A DNA stretch of 64,000 nt from an uncultured delta proteobacterium (GCA_963704165.1 CAVPHD010000001.1:384001-448000); one strand, 5' to 3'. Shown: positions 1 through 10,927, counted from the stretch's first letter. Notes: generated by a model from the sequence alone, not told the origin. Numbers and translations: made by a program.

Positions 1-635
1 GTGGCGGGCCGCGCGATGTCTCCGGTCGCCGGCGGCTCGGCCATCGGGTTGCCGCCGCGGTGTCTCAGGCCGAAAGCGTCGATCGCGGCGAGATCGGGAT
101 CCGACAGCACCGGGAACGTGAGCCCGAGCTTCTCGACCACGGCCCGGTTCTGCTCGACGCCATCGACGGAAACCGCGACGAGCTTCGCGCCCGCGGCCTG
201 GAAATCCGAAGCTCTAAGCTGCAGCCCGCGCAGCTCCGACATACAGAAGGGTCACCAGTGACCGCGGAAGAAGACGAGCACGAGCTTCTCGCGCGCGAGC
301 GAGCCGAGCTCGACATCCTGGCCGCGGTCGTCGCGAAGCACGACGGCGGGCACGGTCTCGCCGACGTCGAGCGCGAGCTCGACTCCGGGAAGCACGCTCG
401 AGAAGACGTAGCAGTACCAGACGAAGAACCCGCCGAGGAAGAGCGTCAGGACCAGCCCGATCGAGGCGAGCGCACGGCGGCGCGAGCGAACGAGCCCCGC
501 GACCGAGAAGCCGAGCGCGATCGCGAGCACCGTCAGATTCACCCACGGCACGTCGCGCGTGATCGGCCACGTGGCGAACACCGTGAAGTAGGAGAGGACG
601 CCGACGATCGCGAGTATCGGGCCGAGCCAGACCAT
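1..635 (-). CDS. Membrane-anchored AhpC/TSA (peroxiredoxin-like) selenoprotein with UxxC motif; 3' end runs off the window
   Basis: About 3 hydrophobic N-terminal helices, then LVLVFFRGHW-TGA(254-252)-PFC. The frame stays open to base 1 with thioredoxin-fold motifs (KLVAVSVD, LTFPVLSDPD, DIARPA). Confidence 0.88.
216..236 (-). promoter_or_regulatory. Candidate bacterial SECIS hairpin
   Basis: GAGCUGC-[GCGGGCU]-GCAGCUU stem-loop. The loop starts with G and lies about 22 nt after the UGA. Confidence 0.7.
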
Positions 636-724
636 CCCGGCCAGCATACACCGCTCTTTGCACTCGTCTAGCGTGGCCTGCCAGAATCGCGCGATCCGTC
701 GAAACGTGTGGCAAGGAGATCCCG

Positions 725-2272
725 ATGGCGTCGATCGCGCAGACCCGGTCCGGCAAACTCGAGGGCGAGGAGCGGGAAGGCATCCACGTCTTCCGGGGCG
801 TTCCGTACGCGGCGCCGCCCGTCGGCGCGAAGCGCTGGCGCGCGCCCGAACGCGAAGCGCCCTGGTCGGGTGTGCGCTCGGCGAAGAGCTTCGGGAACGC
901 GTCACCCCAGAATCCGCTGCCGCTCGATCTGCTCACCGCGTTCAAGATCGAAGAGCCCCAGAGCGAGGACTGCCTGTATCTGAACGTCTGGACTCCCGGT
1001 CTCGACGGCGCGCGCCGTCCGGTGATGGTCTGGATCCACGGCGGCGCGTTCACGATCGGTTCGGGCGCGCAGTCGCTGTACGAGGGCGCGGCGCTCGCGA
1101 AGCGCGGCGACGTCGTCGTCGTCACGATCAACTACCGGCTCGGCGCGCTCGGCTTTCTGCGGCTTTCCGAGCTGACGAACGGGCGCATTCCCTCGACGGG
1201 AAACGAGGGCATGCTCGATCAGCTCGCGGCGCTCGAATGGGTGCGCGAGAACATCGCGGCGTTCGGCGGCGATCCCGAGAACGTGACGATCTTCGGCGAG
1301 TCCGCGGGCGGCATGAGCGTCGGCACGCTGCTCGGCATGCCGAAAGCACGCGGGCTGTTCCAGAAGGCGATCCCGCAGAGCGGTGCGAGCCACACCGCGA
1401 GCCCGCTCGAGCGGCACGTTCGGGTGGCGAGAAAGTTCGCCGAGCTCTCCGGCGCGTGGGATGCCGAGGTTCTGCTCGCGCTCCCCACCGCCGACGTGCT
1501 CGCGGCGGCCGCGCGGATCGCGCCGGTACCGGGTCAGGAGTCGGATCCGCAGATCGGCGGCATGCCGCTTCAGCCGGTGATCGACGGCGACATCGTACCG
1601 AGGCGCTCGATCGAATCCGTTTCGCGCGGCTCGGCGGCGGGTGTGGGCCTGCTGATCGGATCGACGCTCGACGAGTGGAAGCTCTTCGCGGCGGTGGACC
1701 CGGCCGTGACCTCGCTTCGCGACGGATCCCTGCTCGAGCGCGTCGAGAAGCGGCTCGGCGGCGTGGGACGGCCGCTCGTCGAGACGTATCGCAAGGCGCG
1801 CACGGAGCGCGGCGTCGGCGCCACGGCACCCGAGCTGTTCATGGCGATCGAAACCGACCGGATCTTCCGCATGCCCGGGCTTCATCTCGCCGAGACGCAA
1901 CTGCAGCACGACCCGCGCGTCTACAGCTACCTGTTCACCTGGCCCTCTCCGATGTTCGGCGGAATGTTCGGCGCGTGCCACGCCGTCGAGCTCGGCTTCG
2001 TCTTCGGCACGCACACGAACCCCGGCATGGCGGACTTCTCGGGCTCGGGTCCCGAAGCCGATGCGCTCGCCGGGAACACGATGGATGCGTGGCTCGCGTT
2101 CGCGCGCACCGGCGATCCGAGCTGCAAGGGACTGGGGAGCTGGCCGACCTACACCGTTTCGGATCGGGCGACCATGCTGCTCGGCAAGAGCTCCTCGGTC
2201 GAGCGCGCCCCGCTCGAAGCGGAGCGCTCGGCCTGGAACTCCGTCCCGACCCACGTGCTGGGCGCGGTCTGA
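725..2272 (+). CDS. Type-B carboxylesterase (pNB esterase/COesterase family)
   Basis: Motifs GVPYAAPP, SEDCLYLNVW, WIHGGAF, FGESAGG nucleophile elbow, GACHAVEL; GGAG RBS. Confidence 0.95.
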   Translation: MASIAQTRSGKLEGEEREGIHVFRGVPYAAPPVGAKRWRAPEREAPWSGVRSAKSFGNASPQNPLPLDLLTAFKIEEPQSEDCLYLNVWTPGLDGARRPVMVWIHGGAFTIGSGAQSLYEGAALAKRGDVVVVTINYRLGALGFLRLSELTNGRIPSTGNEGMLDQLAALEWVRENIAAFGGDPENVTIFGESAGGMSVGTLLGMPKARGLFQKAIPQSGASHTASPLERHVRVARKFAELSGAWDAEVLLALPTADVLAAAARIAPVPGQESDPQIGGMPLQPVIDGDIVPRRSIESVSRGSAAGVGLLIGSTLDEWKLFAAVDPAVTSLRDGSLLERVEKRLGGVGRPLVETYRKARTERGVGATAPELFMAIETDRIFRMPGLHLAETQLQHDPRVYSYLFTWPSPMFGGMFGACHAVELGFVFGTHTNPGMADFSGSGPEADALAGNTMDAWLAFARTGDPSCKGLGSWPTYTVSDRATMLLGKSSSVERAPLEAERSAWNSVPTHVLGAV

Positions 2273-2285
2273 AGGAGCGGTGGAG

Positions 2286-3793
2286 ATGACCCCGATCGTC
2301 GAGACCCGTCTCGGAAAAGTGTCGGGCGAGAGCCTGGGCGACCACGTTCGCTTCCGCGGAATTCCGTACGCCGCTCCGCCCGTCGGGGAGCTTCGCTTCC
2401 GCGCGCCGCGCCCGGCGACTCCCTGGTCGGGGGTGCGCGCCGCGGTCGAGTTCGGCCACTCGGCGCCGCAGAACCCGAGCTTCCTGCCGGGGATGGAGTC
2501 GGGTGCGCAGAGCGAGGACTGCCTGTACCTGAACGTGTACACGCCGCGCGCGGACGGCGCGCTCCGACCGGTTCTGTTCTGGATCCACGGCGGTGGCTTC
2601 ACCGGCGGCTCGGGCGGGCAGGCGCTCTACGACGGCGGACGCCTCGCCGCGCGCGGCGACGTCGTCGTCGTGACGATCAACTATCGGCTCGGCGCGCTCG
2701 GGTACACGACACTTGCCGGGCCTCGACCCGAACTCGGGTCAACAGGACCAGATCGCCGCGCTTCGGTTCGTGCGCGACAACATCGCGGCGTTCGGCGGCG
2801 ATCCGTCGCAAGATCACGATCTTCGGCGAGAGCGCGGGTGGAATGGCGGTCGCGACGTTGCTCGGCATGCCCGCCGCGCGCGGGCTCTTCCGCGGCGCGA
2901 TCGCGCAGAGCGGCGCCGCTCATCACACGCACAGCCCCGACAGCGCGACGCGAATCGGGCAGAGCGCTGCTCGCCGAGCTCGGGCTCTCGCCGGGCGACA
3001 CCGAGAAGCTTCGCGACGTGCCGGTTCCGGCTCTGCTCGCGGCGCAGGCGCGCGTACTCGCCGAGAACACGCGTGCCGGCGGACTGCTCGCGTTCGCGCC
3101 GGGTCTCGACACCGAAACGCTTCCGCGTCACCCGCTCGAGGCGGTGCGCGACGGAGCGGCTCGCGACGTCGCACTTCTCGTCGGCGCGAACCGCGACGAG
3201 ATGAAGCTCTTCCGCATGGGCATGGCCGCGAGCAGCGAGCTCGACGAGGCGCGGACTCGTCAAGCGGGTTCGAGCGGGACTGCGCGTCCACGGCGCCGAC
3301 GAGTCACACGCGCCGAGACTGATCGAGACCTACCGCGCGGCGCGCACCCTCCGCAGCCTCGACCGAGCCCTTCGAGCTCCTCGACGCGATCGATTCCGAC
3401 CGCACGTTCCGCGTGCCTTCGATCCGACTCGCCGAGGCCCACGCGGCGCAGCAGCCACGACACCTACCAGTACCTCTTCACCTGGAGTTCGCCCGCCGGC
3501 GCGGCACGCTCGGGGCCTGTCACGCGCTCGAGCTTCCGTTCGTGTTCGGAACGCTCGACGCACCGACGATGGACCGCTTCGCCGGCAAGGGCCCCGACGC
3601 GGAGACGCTCGCCGCGCGCATGATGGACGCCTGGATCGCGTTCGCGCGCAACGGCGAGCCCGGCCACGAAGATCTGCCGGCCTGGGCGCGCTACGACGCC
3701 GCGAAGCGCGCCACGCTGGTCTTCGATCGCGAGTGCGAGCTCGCGCACGCTCCGCTCGATGCGGAACGCGCGGCGTGGGACGGAGTGATCTAG
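2286..3793 (+). CDS. Second type-B carboxylesterase paralog, split by several frameshifts
   Basis: SEDCLYLNVY, WIHGGGF, FGESAGG and GACHALELPFVFG occur in different frames, colinear with the upstream paralog. Confidence 0.85.
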
Positions 3794-4347
3794 GCGGCCG
3801 AGCGCGGATTCCCGCGGCCCGTGAGGGGAATGCGGGCGTGCAGCCTTCCTTCGGGGTTCTCGACGATCGCGACGCTCTCGAGTGATGCCTGGATCGGAAG
3901 CGGAACGTCGGCACACAGGCGCAGTGCCGCCGCGACCTGCCCGGGATCGAGTGCCGTGGTGAGCGTGCAGTGCGGCACCCAACGACCGGGCCGGTAGTAC
4001 TCCCACGGATCGCGGGCGGCGGCTCCGAAGAGCGCATCGAAGCGCGCGTGCAGGTCGATCAGCTCGCGCGTCGCGATCACGCCGAGGAAGACCACGCCCT
4101 GGCGATTCGAGAACGTTCCCAGCGAGACGAAGGTCGCGTGCAGCTTCGGCTCGCGCGACGCGAACTCGGAGAGCTGGCGTGCGAAACCGACCGGGTCGAG
4201 CCGGGCGCAGACCCCGAGCGAGACGTGCGGGGTGTTCCCGAGCTCGAGCAGGCGCGACGGCAGACCCGCCTCCGCGATCCGCTCCCAGATCTCGCGGATC
4301 CGCGCTTCGGCGGCCTCGTCCAGGAACAGCTCGATCGCGAAGTTCAT
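3790..4347 (-). CDS. 2H phosphoesterase (2'-5' RNA ligase superfamily)
   Basis: Two HxS/T motifs: PHVSL and PHCTL. Confidence 0.85.
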   Translation of the reverse strand: MNFAIELFLDEAAEARIREIWERIAEAGLPSRLLELGNTPHVSLGVCARLDPVGFARQLSEFASREPKLHATFVSLGTFSNRQGVVFLGVIATRELIDLHARFDALFGAAARDPWEYYRPGRWVPHCTLTTALDPGQVAAALRLCADVPLPIQASLESVAIVENPEGRLHARIPLTGRGNPRSAA

Positions 4348-4418
4348 GGCCGCGATGATGGCGATCGACTTCCGCCCTGCCAAGGTTCCGTCGGCCTTCG
4401 CGCGTGTATGATCGCGAG

Positions 4419-5711
4419 ATGGCGGATCTACTCGGGCTTGCGGCCCGCTACATCGACGAAGGCGTCTACGAAGGACCGGGATCGGTCAACCGGACGAACA
4501 CCGAGCTCTCGGAGCTTGCCGACGACGTCGCGCTGATCGAGGCGTTCTCGCACGTGGTCGTTCTGCGAACGGATGACGGGCTCGTCATCTTCGACACGAG
4601 CCTCGAGGCCTTCGCCGCGCCGATCCTCAAGAGCCTGCGCCGCTGGTCGGACGCACGCGTACACACGATCGCGTACACGCACGGACACGTGGACCACGTG
4701 GGCGGATCGCAGGCCTTCGTCGACGAAGCCCGCGCCCGCGGGCGTGTGACCCCGCGCTTCGTCGGGCACGAGAACGTCACGCCGCGATTCGCGCGCTACG
4801 AGCGCACGAACGGCTGGAACCGCGCGATCAACACGCGGCAGTTCGGACGCGCGGGGCTGCTCGGAGGGCCGGAGGCCCGCTTCGGTCCGAAGTCCTGGGT
4901 CCGGCCGGACACGAGCTTTCGCGAGCGCATGCGACTCGGCGTGGGGAACCTCACGCTCGAGCTCCGGCACGCACGCGGCGAGACCGACGATCACCTCTAC
5001 GCCTGGATTCCCGAACGAAAGGCGATCGCCGTCGGCGATTTCGTGACGTGGGTCTTCCCGAACGCGGGCAATCCGCAGAAGGTGCAGCGTTACCCGCTCG
5101 AGTGGGCGCAGGCGCTGCGCGAGATGAGCGCGATCGGCGCGGAGCTGATGCTGCCGGCACACGGTCTGCCGATCGCGGGCCGCGCACGAATCCAGCGCGT
5201 GCTCGACGACATCGCGGGCGCGCTCGAGCAGATCGTGAACGAGACACTCGCACGCATGAACGCGGGCGAGACGCTGGACGAGATCGTGCACGGCGTTCGC
5301 GTTCCCGCGCATCTGCTCGAGCGGCCGTACCTGCGGCCCGTCTACGACGAGCCCGAGTTCGTGGTTCGCAACGTCTGGCGACAGTACGGCGGCTGGTACG
5401 ACGGGAACCCCGCGCATCTGAAACCCGCGCCCGCGGCCGCATTCGCGCGCGAGTTCTCGGCGCTGGCGGGCGGCGTCGCGTCGATCGTCTCGCGCGCTCG
5501 TTCGCTGGCGGGGGACGGCGATCTGCGCCTCGCCTGCGAGCTCGTCGAGATCGCCGTGCAGGCGGAACCGGAAAGCCGCGAGGCCCACTCTGCGCGCGCC
5601 GAGATCTACGGCGCGCGCCGCAAGTCCGAGCTCTCGCTGATGGCGCGCGGAATCTACGGCTCGGCCGCCGAGGAGTCGGCAGCGAAGAGCGAGCGACTCC
5701 CGCCCGGCTAG
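4419..5711 (+). CDS. Alkyl-sulfatase-like metallo-beta-lactamase fold hydrolase with dimerisation domain
   Basis: Motifs THGHVDH, GETDD, FPNAGNPQK, PAHG, YGGWYDGNP. Confidence 0.9.
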   Translation: MADLLGLAARYIDEGVYEGPGSVNRTNTELSELADDVALIEAFSHVVVLRTDDGLVIFDTSLEAFAAPILKSLRRWSDARVHTIAYTHGHVDHVGGSQAFVDEARARGRVTPRFVGHENVTPRFARYERTNGWNRAINTRQFGRAGLLGGPEARFGPKSWVRPDTSFRERMRLGVGNLTLELRHARGETDDHLYAWIPERKAIAVGDFVTWVFPNAGNPQKVQRYPLEWAQALREMSAIGAELMLPAHGLPIAGRARIQRVLDDIAGALEQIVNETLARMNAGETLDEIVHGVRVPAHLLERPYLRPVYDEPEFVVRNVWRQYGGWYDGNPAHLKPAPAAAFAREFSALAGGVASIVSRARSLAGDGDLRLACELVEIAVQAEPESREAHSARAEIYGARRKSELSLMARGIYGSAAEESAAKSERLPPG

Positions 5712-5791
5712 CGACCGCGCGGGCTCCCGAGGGATTCGATGCGTTCAGGAAATGACGGTGGCCTGCTCCTCGCGGAGTTGAGCGACATCGC

Positions 5792-8207
5792 GTGTTGAGC
5801 CCGCTCGAGTTCTCCCTCGCGAGCGGGACGATCCTGCTCCTGGCCGCATTCGTCGCCGTGCTTCGCCCGACCTGGATCGTCGACCATCCGCGTCTGGTGC
5901 TCGGCCTGCTCGCGCTCGTGACGCTCGGCATGGCGGTGGCGCTGGTTCGCCCCGATCCGCTCGGCTTTCGCATCGGCGTGGACGCTTCGAGCGAGCCGAT
6001 GCTTCCCGAGAACGATCCCGGCGAACCGGTCTACCAGCGCGCGATCCTCGACTTCGGCGACGACGACGTCTTCGTGATCGCGATGGAGACCGAGGACGTC
6101 TTCACGCCGGAGAACCTCGGAATTCTGCGGACGGTCAGCGACGAGATCCGCAGGTTGCCCGGCGTGCGCGACACCGAGAGTCTGGTCGACGTCTACGCGT
6201 ATCACTGGGATCCGGGAGACGAGCTCGTCGAGCTCGGCCGCTTCATCGACGAGATCCCGACCGATCCGGCACGCCTGGCCGAGCTGCGGGTCCGCGCGCT
6301 CGACGACCCCCTGTACACCAAGACGATCGTCGCCCGCGATGGGCGCACGGCGGCGATCAACGTCACGTTCAAGTCGATGAGCGACGACGACTTCGTCGAG
6401 CTCGCACTCGACGAACGGATCACGGCCATCCTCGAGGCCGCGGAACGTGACGGCGTCGAGTTCCACGTTACCGGGCGGCCCCACGTGCGCTCGCGCGCGC
6501 ATCACCTTCTGCTCCACGACATGCTGAATCTGATACCGATCGCCGTGGGCGTGGCGGTGCTCGCGCTCTGGTTGATGACAGGATCCGTGCGCGGCACGCT
6601 CGTGCCGCTCGTCGCGAACCTGACCGCGACCTTCTGGGTCTACGGCGCGATGGCGCTCGTGGGTTCGGATCTGAACCTGATCACGCTGGTGCTCGGGCCG
6701 GTGATGATCACGGTCGGCGGCGTCTACGGTGTCCACGTCCTCGCGCGCTACGAGGTCGTGGCGGAGACGTCGGCCGATGCGCGCTCGGCCGCGCTCGAAA
6801 GCCTGCGGCACACGACCGCGCCGGTTCTGATCGCGGGCTGCACGACGATGATCGGCTTCGCCGCGCTGCTGATCAACGAGATTCCCGCGACTAGCGATCT
6901 CGGCGCGTTCTGCGTCTTCGGCGTCGCGTCGATCACGGTGATCTCGCTGACGGGAGTGCCGGCCGCGCTCTCGCTGCTTCCGCTCCGCGGCGCGAATGGC
7001 AGCGGCCGCGCGCTCTACTCCGCGCAGACGAGGCTGGCCGAGTCGGTGCAGCGCGCGATCAAAGCTGCGCTCGGAGGTCTCGGCCGCTTTCAGGTGCGCT
7101 ACGCGCCCTGGGTGCTCGCGTTCTGGGTCCGTGACCGCGATCGCTGCCGGCTCGTTCGTTCCGCGAATCGTCGTCGATACCGACTTCATCACCTACTTCC
7201 TCGAGTCGTCCGACGTGCGCCGGGATTTCGCGGCCGTCAACCGGCTGCTCACCGGCGCGGTGCCGATCTACGTGGTGATGCAGGGGAGCGAGGAGGGAAC
7301 GTTCCGCGAGCCCGACGCGCTTCGCGCCGTGGAGCGCCTGCAGCGGCGGATCGAGGCGCTGCCCGGCGTGACGAGCGTCGCTTCCGTCGTCGATCTGGTG
7401 AAGACCGCGCGGCAGGCGCTCGAGCGGGGCGATCCGGCGGCCGCGCGAATTCCCGATACCCGGCTCGAGACCGCCGAGCTCGTGTTTCTGATCCCCAAGG
7501 AGAAGCTGCGCGCATTTGCGACTTCGAATCACTCGAGCGCGAACCTGCTCGTTCGCACCGATCGGCTCGGCTCCGCCGCGTTGCGAGCAATCGAGACCTC
7601 GATCCGCGCCGAGATCGCCGCAGAGACCCTGCCGGCGGGCCTACACGCCGACGTGACGGGCAACTCCATCCGCATCAACCGCGGCGCGGACGGCATCGCC
7701 GGAAATCAGATCGGGCAGCTCGGGCTCACGGTCGGCTGCATCCTCCTGATCGTGTGGCTGGTCTTCGGTCAGCTCGGGCTCGGCCTGCTCGCATTGCCGA
7801 CGAACGTGATGCCGGTGGTGAACTTCTTCGGCCTGCTCGGCGCCGGCGTCGCGACTCTCTCGGTGCCGACGAGCCTGATCGGCTGCGTCGCGCTCGGAAT
7901 CGCGGTAGACGACACCTGTCACTTCCTGCAGGTGTTTCGAAAGGAGCGCGCGCGCGGCGTGAGTGCCGAGGACGCTGCGCTTCACTGCATCGTCGAGGTC
8001 GGGCGGCCGATGGTGGTGACCTCGATCATGCTCGTCGCGGGCTTCCTGGTGATGCTCTTCTCGAGCTTCGCCACGCTGCGCGAGTTCGGCTACCTGACGG
8101 CGATCACCATGGGGCTCTGCCTCGCGACCGACGTCGGCATGCTTCCGGCGCTGCTCGTGGTGGCAAAGCGCCTCTCCGATCCGCGTCGCGTAGAATTGCC
8201 GGGGTGA
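5792..8207 (+). CDS. MMPL/RND-family lipid transporter (frameshift near 7130)
   Basis: Two repeats of a periplasmic loop plus TM bundle; TTMIGFAAL and ALGIAVDD motifs; ORFs 5792 and 6996 join. Confidence 0.85.
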
Positions 8208-9110
8208 GCGAAGAAGCCGACATCCGCCGCGCATACGACGGCTCGAGCACCGCGTTCCGCGCGCTCGAGGGCGGCGGTTGGGGGGAGCTCGTGAACCTCG
8301 GCTTCTATCCGCTCTACGCGATTCCCGGTGTGCTCTTCGGGCTCGGTCCCTTCCAGCGTCTGCTCGCGCGCCGATCGGTCGCGCTCGTCGAGCCGCGCCC
8401 CGGAATGCGCGTGATCGACGCTGGCTGCGGCCGCGGCTACACGACCGCGCGTTTGGCCGAAGCGGGCTGCGAGGCGATCGGCATCGACCTTCTGGTCGAG
8501 AACACCGAGGCGGCGCGCGCGCGCTACTCCGACTCGACCGGCGCGCACTACGCCACCGCGGACGTCACGCGCTTGCCGGCGTCGGCGTCGGGAATCGAGC
8601 TCGCACCGGGCTCGTTCGACGCGGTCCACTGCCTCGAGGTCGCCTTCCATTTCGGCGCGAAGGGGCGAAGCGACTTCCTCGCCGAGAGCTATCGCATGCT
8701 GCGCCCGGGCGGGCGTCTCGTGCTGGTGGATTTCGTCTGGCGCGACTCGCACCCGGAGCGGATCGATGCGCTCGATCCGCTCCGGCTCGTCCGCGACACC
8801 TGGCGCTTCACCGAGTTCGAGCCGTTCGAGCGCTACCGCTCGAACGCGGCCTCGCTCGGCTTCCGCGAGCGCGAGATCCGGGACTGGACGCGGCCGGTGA
8901 TCGACCGATTCCAGAGAGATCGCGCAGACGAACGCGCGCATCGGCACCTGGCGGCTCGGCCGCATGCTCCTGCGCACGTTCCGACCCGGGTACGCGCGCA
9001 TGCGTGCCGAGGACTGGGAGTTCCTGGTCGAGCTGATGCGCGCGCACGACGCGGTTCGACGCGCGAGCCGGTACGTCGCTTTCGTCTTCGAGAAACCGCT
9101 TGGCGGCTAG
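8204..9110 (+). CDS. Class I SAM-dependent methyltransferase (frameshift in GAGAGA run near 8915)
   Basis: GTG overlaps the MMPL stop. Motifs VIDAGCGRG, FDAVHCLEVAFHF, LRPGGRL. The shifted frame ends at TAG 9110. Confidence 0.85.
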
Positions 9111-9765
9111 CGGGATCGCGGGCGTTGGCATCGCGGTGGCATTCCTCGCTGCCGGTGGCTCGCTCGCCGCGGACGATTGGCGCCTCCTGGTGACACAGGA
9201 CGGAGTCAGAGTCGAAGAGCGGGTGACGGCGGATCGCCCGCTGCCCGAGCTTCGCGGCACGATCGAGATCGACGCGGGGCTCTTCGAAGTCCTCGCGGTG
9301 ATCACCGACGTCCCCGAGCAGACGAAGTGGATGTTCGACTGCGTCGAGAGCCGCCTCCTGCGCCGGGAGAATGGCGACGTGTCGATCGTCTACAACCGCA
9401 CCACCGCGCCCTGGCCGGTCAGCGATCGGGACGCGGTCCTGCGCAGTGAGATCGTCCTGATCGAACCCCTGAAGCACGCGGTGCTCCGCTTCTCGAACAT
9501 GAGCGATCCCGGCCAGCCGGAGATCGACGGCGTCGTGCGCATGCCTCATCTGGTCGGCGGCTACGACCTTCTGGCGCTCTCGCCCGAAAGGACGCGGATC
9601 ACCTACACGATCGACCTCGACCCGGGCGGCTCGATTCCCGGCTGGGTCGCCGCGCGCACCGCGCGAGAGATGCCGCTTCACACGCTTCTGGGCCTGCGTC
9701 GGCAGGTCGATGCAACGCGCGGGTGGTACTCTGAGTTCGTAAACGCCTGGAGCGCACGGCAGTGA
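9100..9765 (+). CDS. Exported START/SRPBCC lipid-binding protein
   Basis: Signal-like N-terminus; WRLLVTQDGVRV, PWPVSDRD and DPGGSIPGWV motifs. Confidence 0.85.
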   Translation: MAASGIAGVGIAVAFLAAGGSLAADDWRLLVTQDGVRVEERVTADRPLPELRGTIEIDAGLFEVLAVITDVPEQTKWMFDCVESRLLRRENGDVSIVYNRTTAPWPVSDRDAVLRSEIVLIEPLKHAVLRFSNMSDPGQPEIDGVVRMPHLVGGYDLLALSPERTRITYTIDLDPGGSIPGWVAARTAREMPLHTLLGLRRQVDATRGWYSEFVNAWSARQ

Positions 9766-9784
9766 CCGCGGCGAGGAGGTCCGG

Positions 9785-10924
9785 ATGATTCGGCGGTTCT
9801 GGCTTGCGCTCGGCGCCCTCGCGGTGCTTGTTACCGGCTGTGATGCAGACGGCGAGAAAGTGGCTGGCGTCCCACCCTCCGTCGTGGTCACGGCGGTCGA
9901 GAAGAGGGACGTCGAGGTCACCTCGGACTGGGTGGGCACCACGACCGGGAACGTGAACGCGCAGATCTACCCCAAGATCCAGGGGTACCTGCTGAGGCAG
10001 AGCTACCTCGACGGTGGCGTCGTGAAGGCGGGCGACCTGCTCTTCGAGATCGACCCGCGCCAGTACCAGGCCGAGTACGACGAGGCGAAGGGTCAGCTCG
10101 CCCGCGCGAAGGCGCTCCTCGTCAAGGCGCAGCAGGACGTCGCCCGCTACACGCCGCTCGCCGCGGAGGGCGCGGTGAGCCAGATGGAGCTCGACGACGC
10201 GATCCAGGCCCGTGCCGCCGGCACGGCGGACGTGGCGGCCGCGCGAGCGGCGCTGCTCGGCGCTCGGCTCAACCTGGACTGGACCCGGGTGAAGTCGCCG
10301 ATCGACGGGGTCGCGGGAATCGCCCGAGCACAGGTCGGCGACCTGGTGAGTCCGCAGAGTCTGCTCACCGAGATCTCTCAGCTCGATCCGATCAAGGTCA
10401 GCTTTCAGGCGAGTGAGATCGAGTACATGCGCTTCGCGAAGCGGATTCGAGAAGCCGAGTCGGCCCGAACGCAGAACGGACGGGTCCCGCTTCAACTGAT
10501 CCTCGCGGATGGCTCCGCCTATCCGGAGTCCGGGCAGTTCAGCGTCGCGGGACTCGACGTGAGCACGACGACCGGCACGATCGAGCTTCAGGCGCTGTTT
10601 CCGAATCCCGGCAATCTGCTCCGCCCCGGGCAGTTCGCGACCGTGCGCGCCGCCACCGACAAGATCGCGGGCGCGTTGCTGATACCGCAGCGCGCGGTCA
10701 GCGACCTCCAAGGAACCCGTCAGGTGGCGGTCGTCGGCCCCGACGACAAGGTCACTCTGAAACGGGTGACGCTCGGCCCGACGATCGGAAGTGACTACGT
10801 CGTGAGCGAAGGTCTCGAGGTGGGCGAGCGCGTCGTCATCGAGGGTCTTCAGAAGATCCGCAACGGCATCGCGGTGACGGTCGAATCGGCAGCCCCGCCG
10901 GCTGTGAGAAAGTCCGGGGACTGA
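9785..10924 (+). CDS. RND efflux periplasmic adaptor (AcrA-like lipoprotein)
   Basis: Lipobox VTGC; GDLLFEIDP, SPIDG and LLRPGQF motifs; GAGGAGG RBS. Confidence 0.95.
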   Translation: MIRRFWLALGALAVLVTGCDADGEKVAGVPPSVVVTAVEKRDVEVTSDWVGTTTGNVNAQIYPKIQGYLLRQSYLDGGVVKAGDLLFEIDPRQYQAEYDEAKGQLARAKALLVKAQQDVARYTPLAAEGAVSQMELDDAIQARAAGTADVAAARAALLGARLNLDWTRVKSPIDGVAGIARAQVGDLVSPQSLLTEISQLDPIKVSFQASEIEYMRFAKRIREAESARTQNGRVPLQLILADGSAYPESGQFSVAGLDVSTTTGTIELQALFPNPGNLLRPGQFATVRAATDKIAGALLIPQRAVSDLQGTRQVAVVGPDDKVTLKRVTLGPTIGSDYVVSEGLEVGERVVIEGLQKIRNGIAVTVESAAPPAVRKSGD

Positions 10925-10927
10925 GCG

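Noticed and set aside
5792..9193. 1133-aa ORF that looks like an MMPL-methyltransferase fusion
   Set aside because: Artefact of a frameshift near 7130. The middle of this ORF is off-frame Arg-rich junk, the MMPL C-half is in ORF 6996-8207, and the methyltransferase has its own GTG at 8204.
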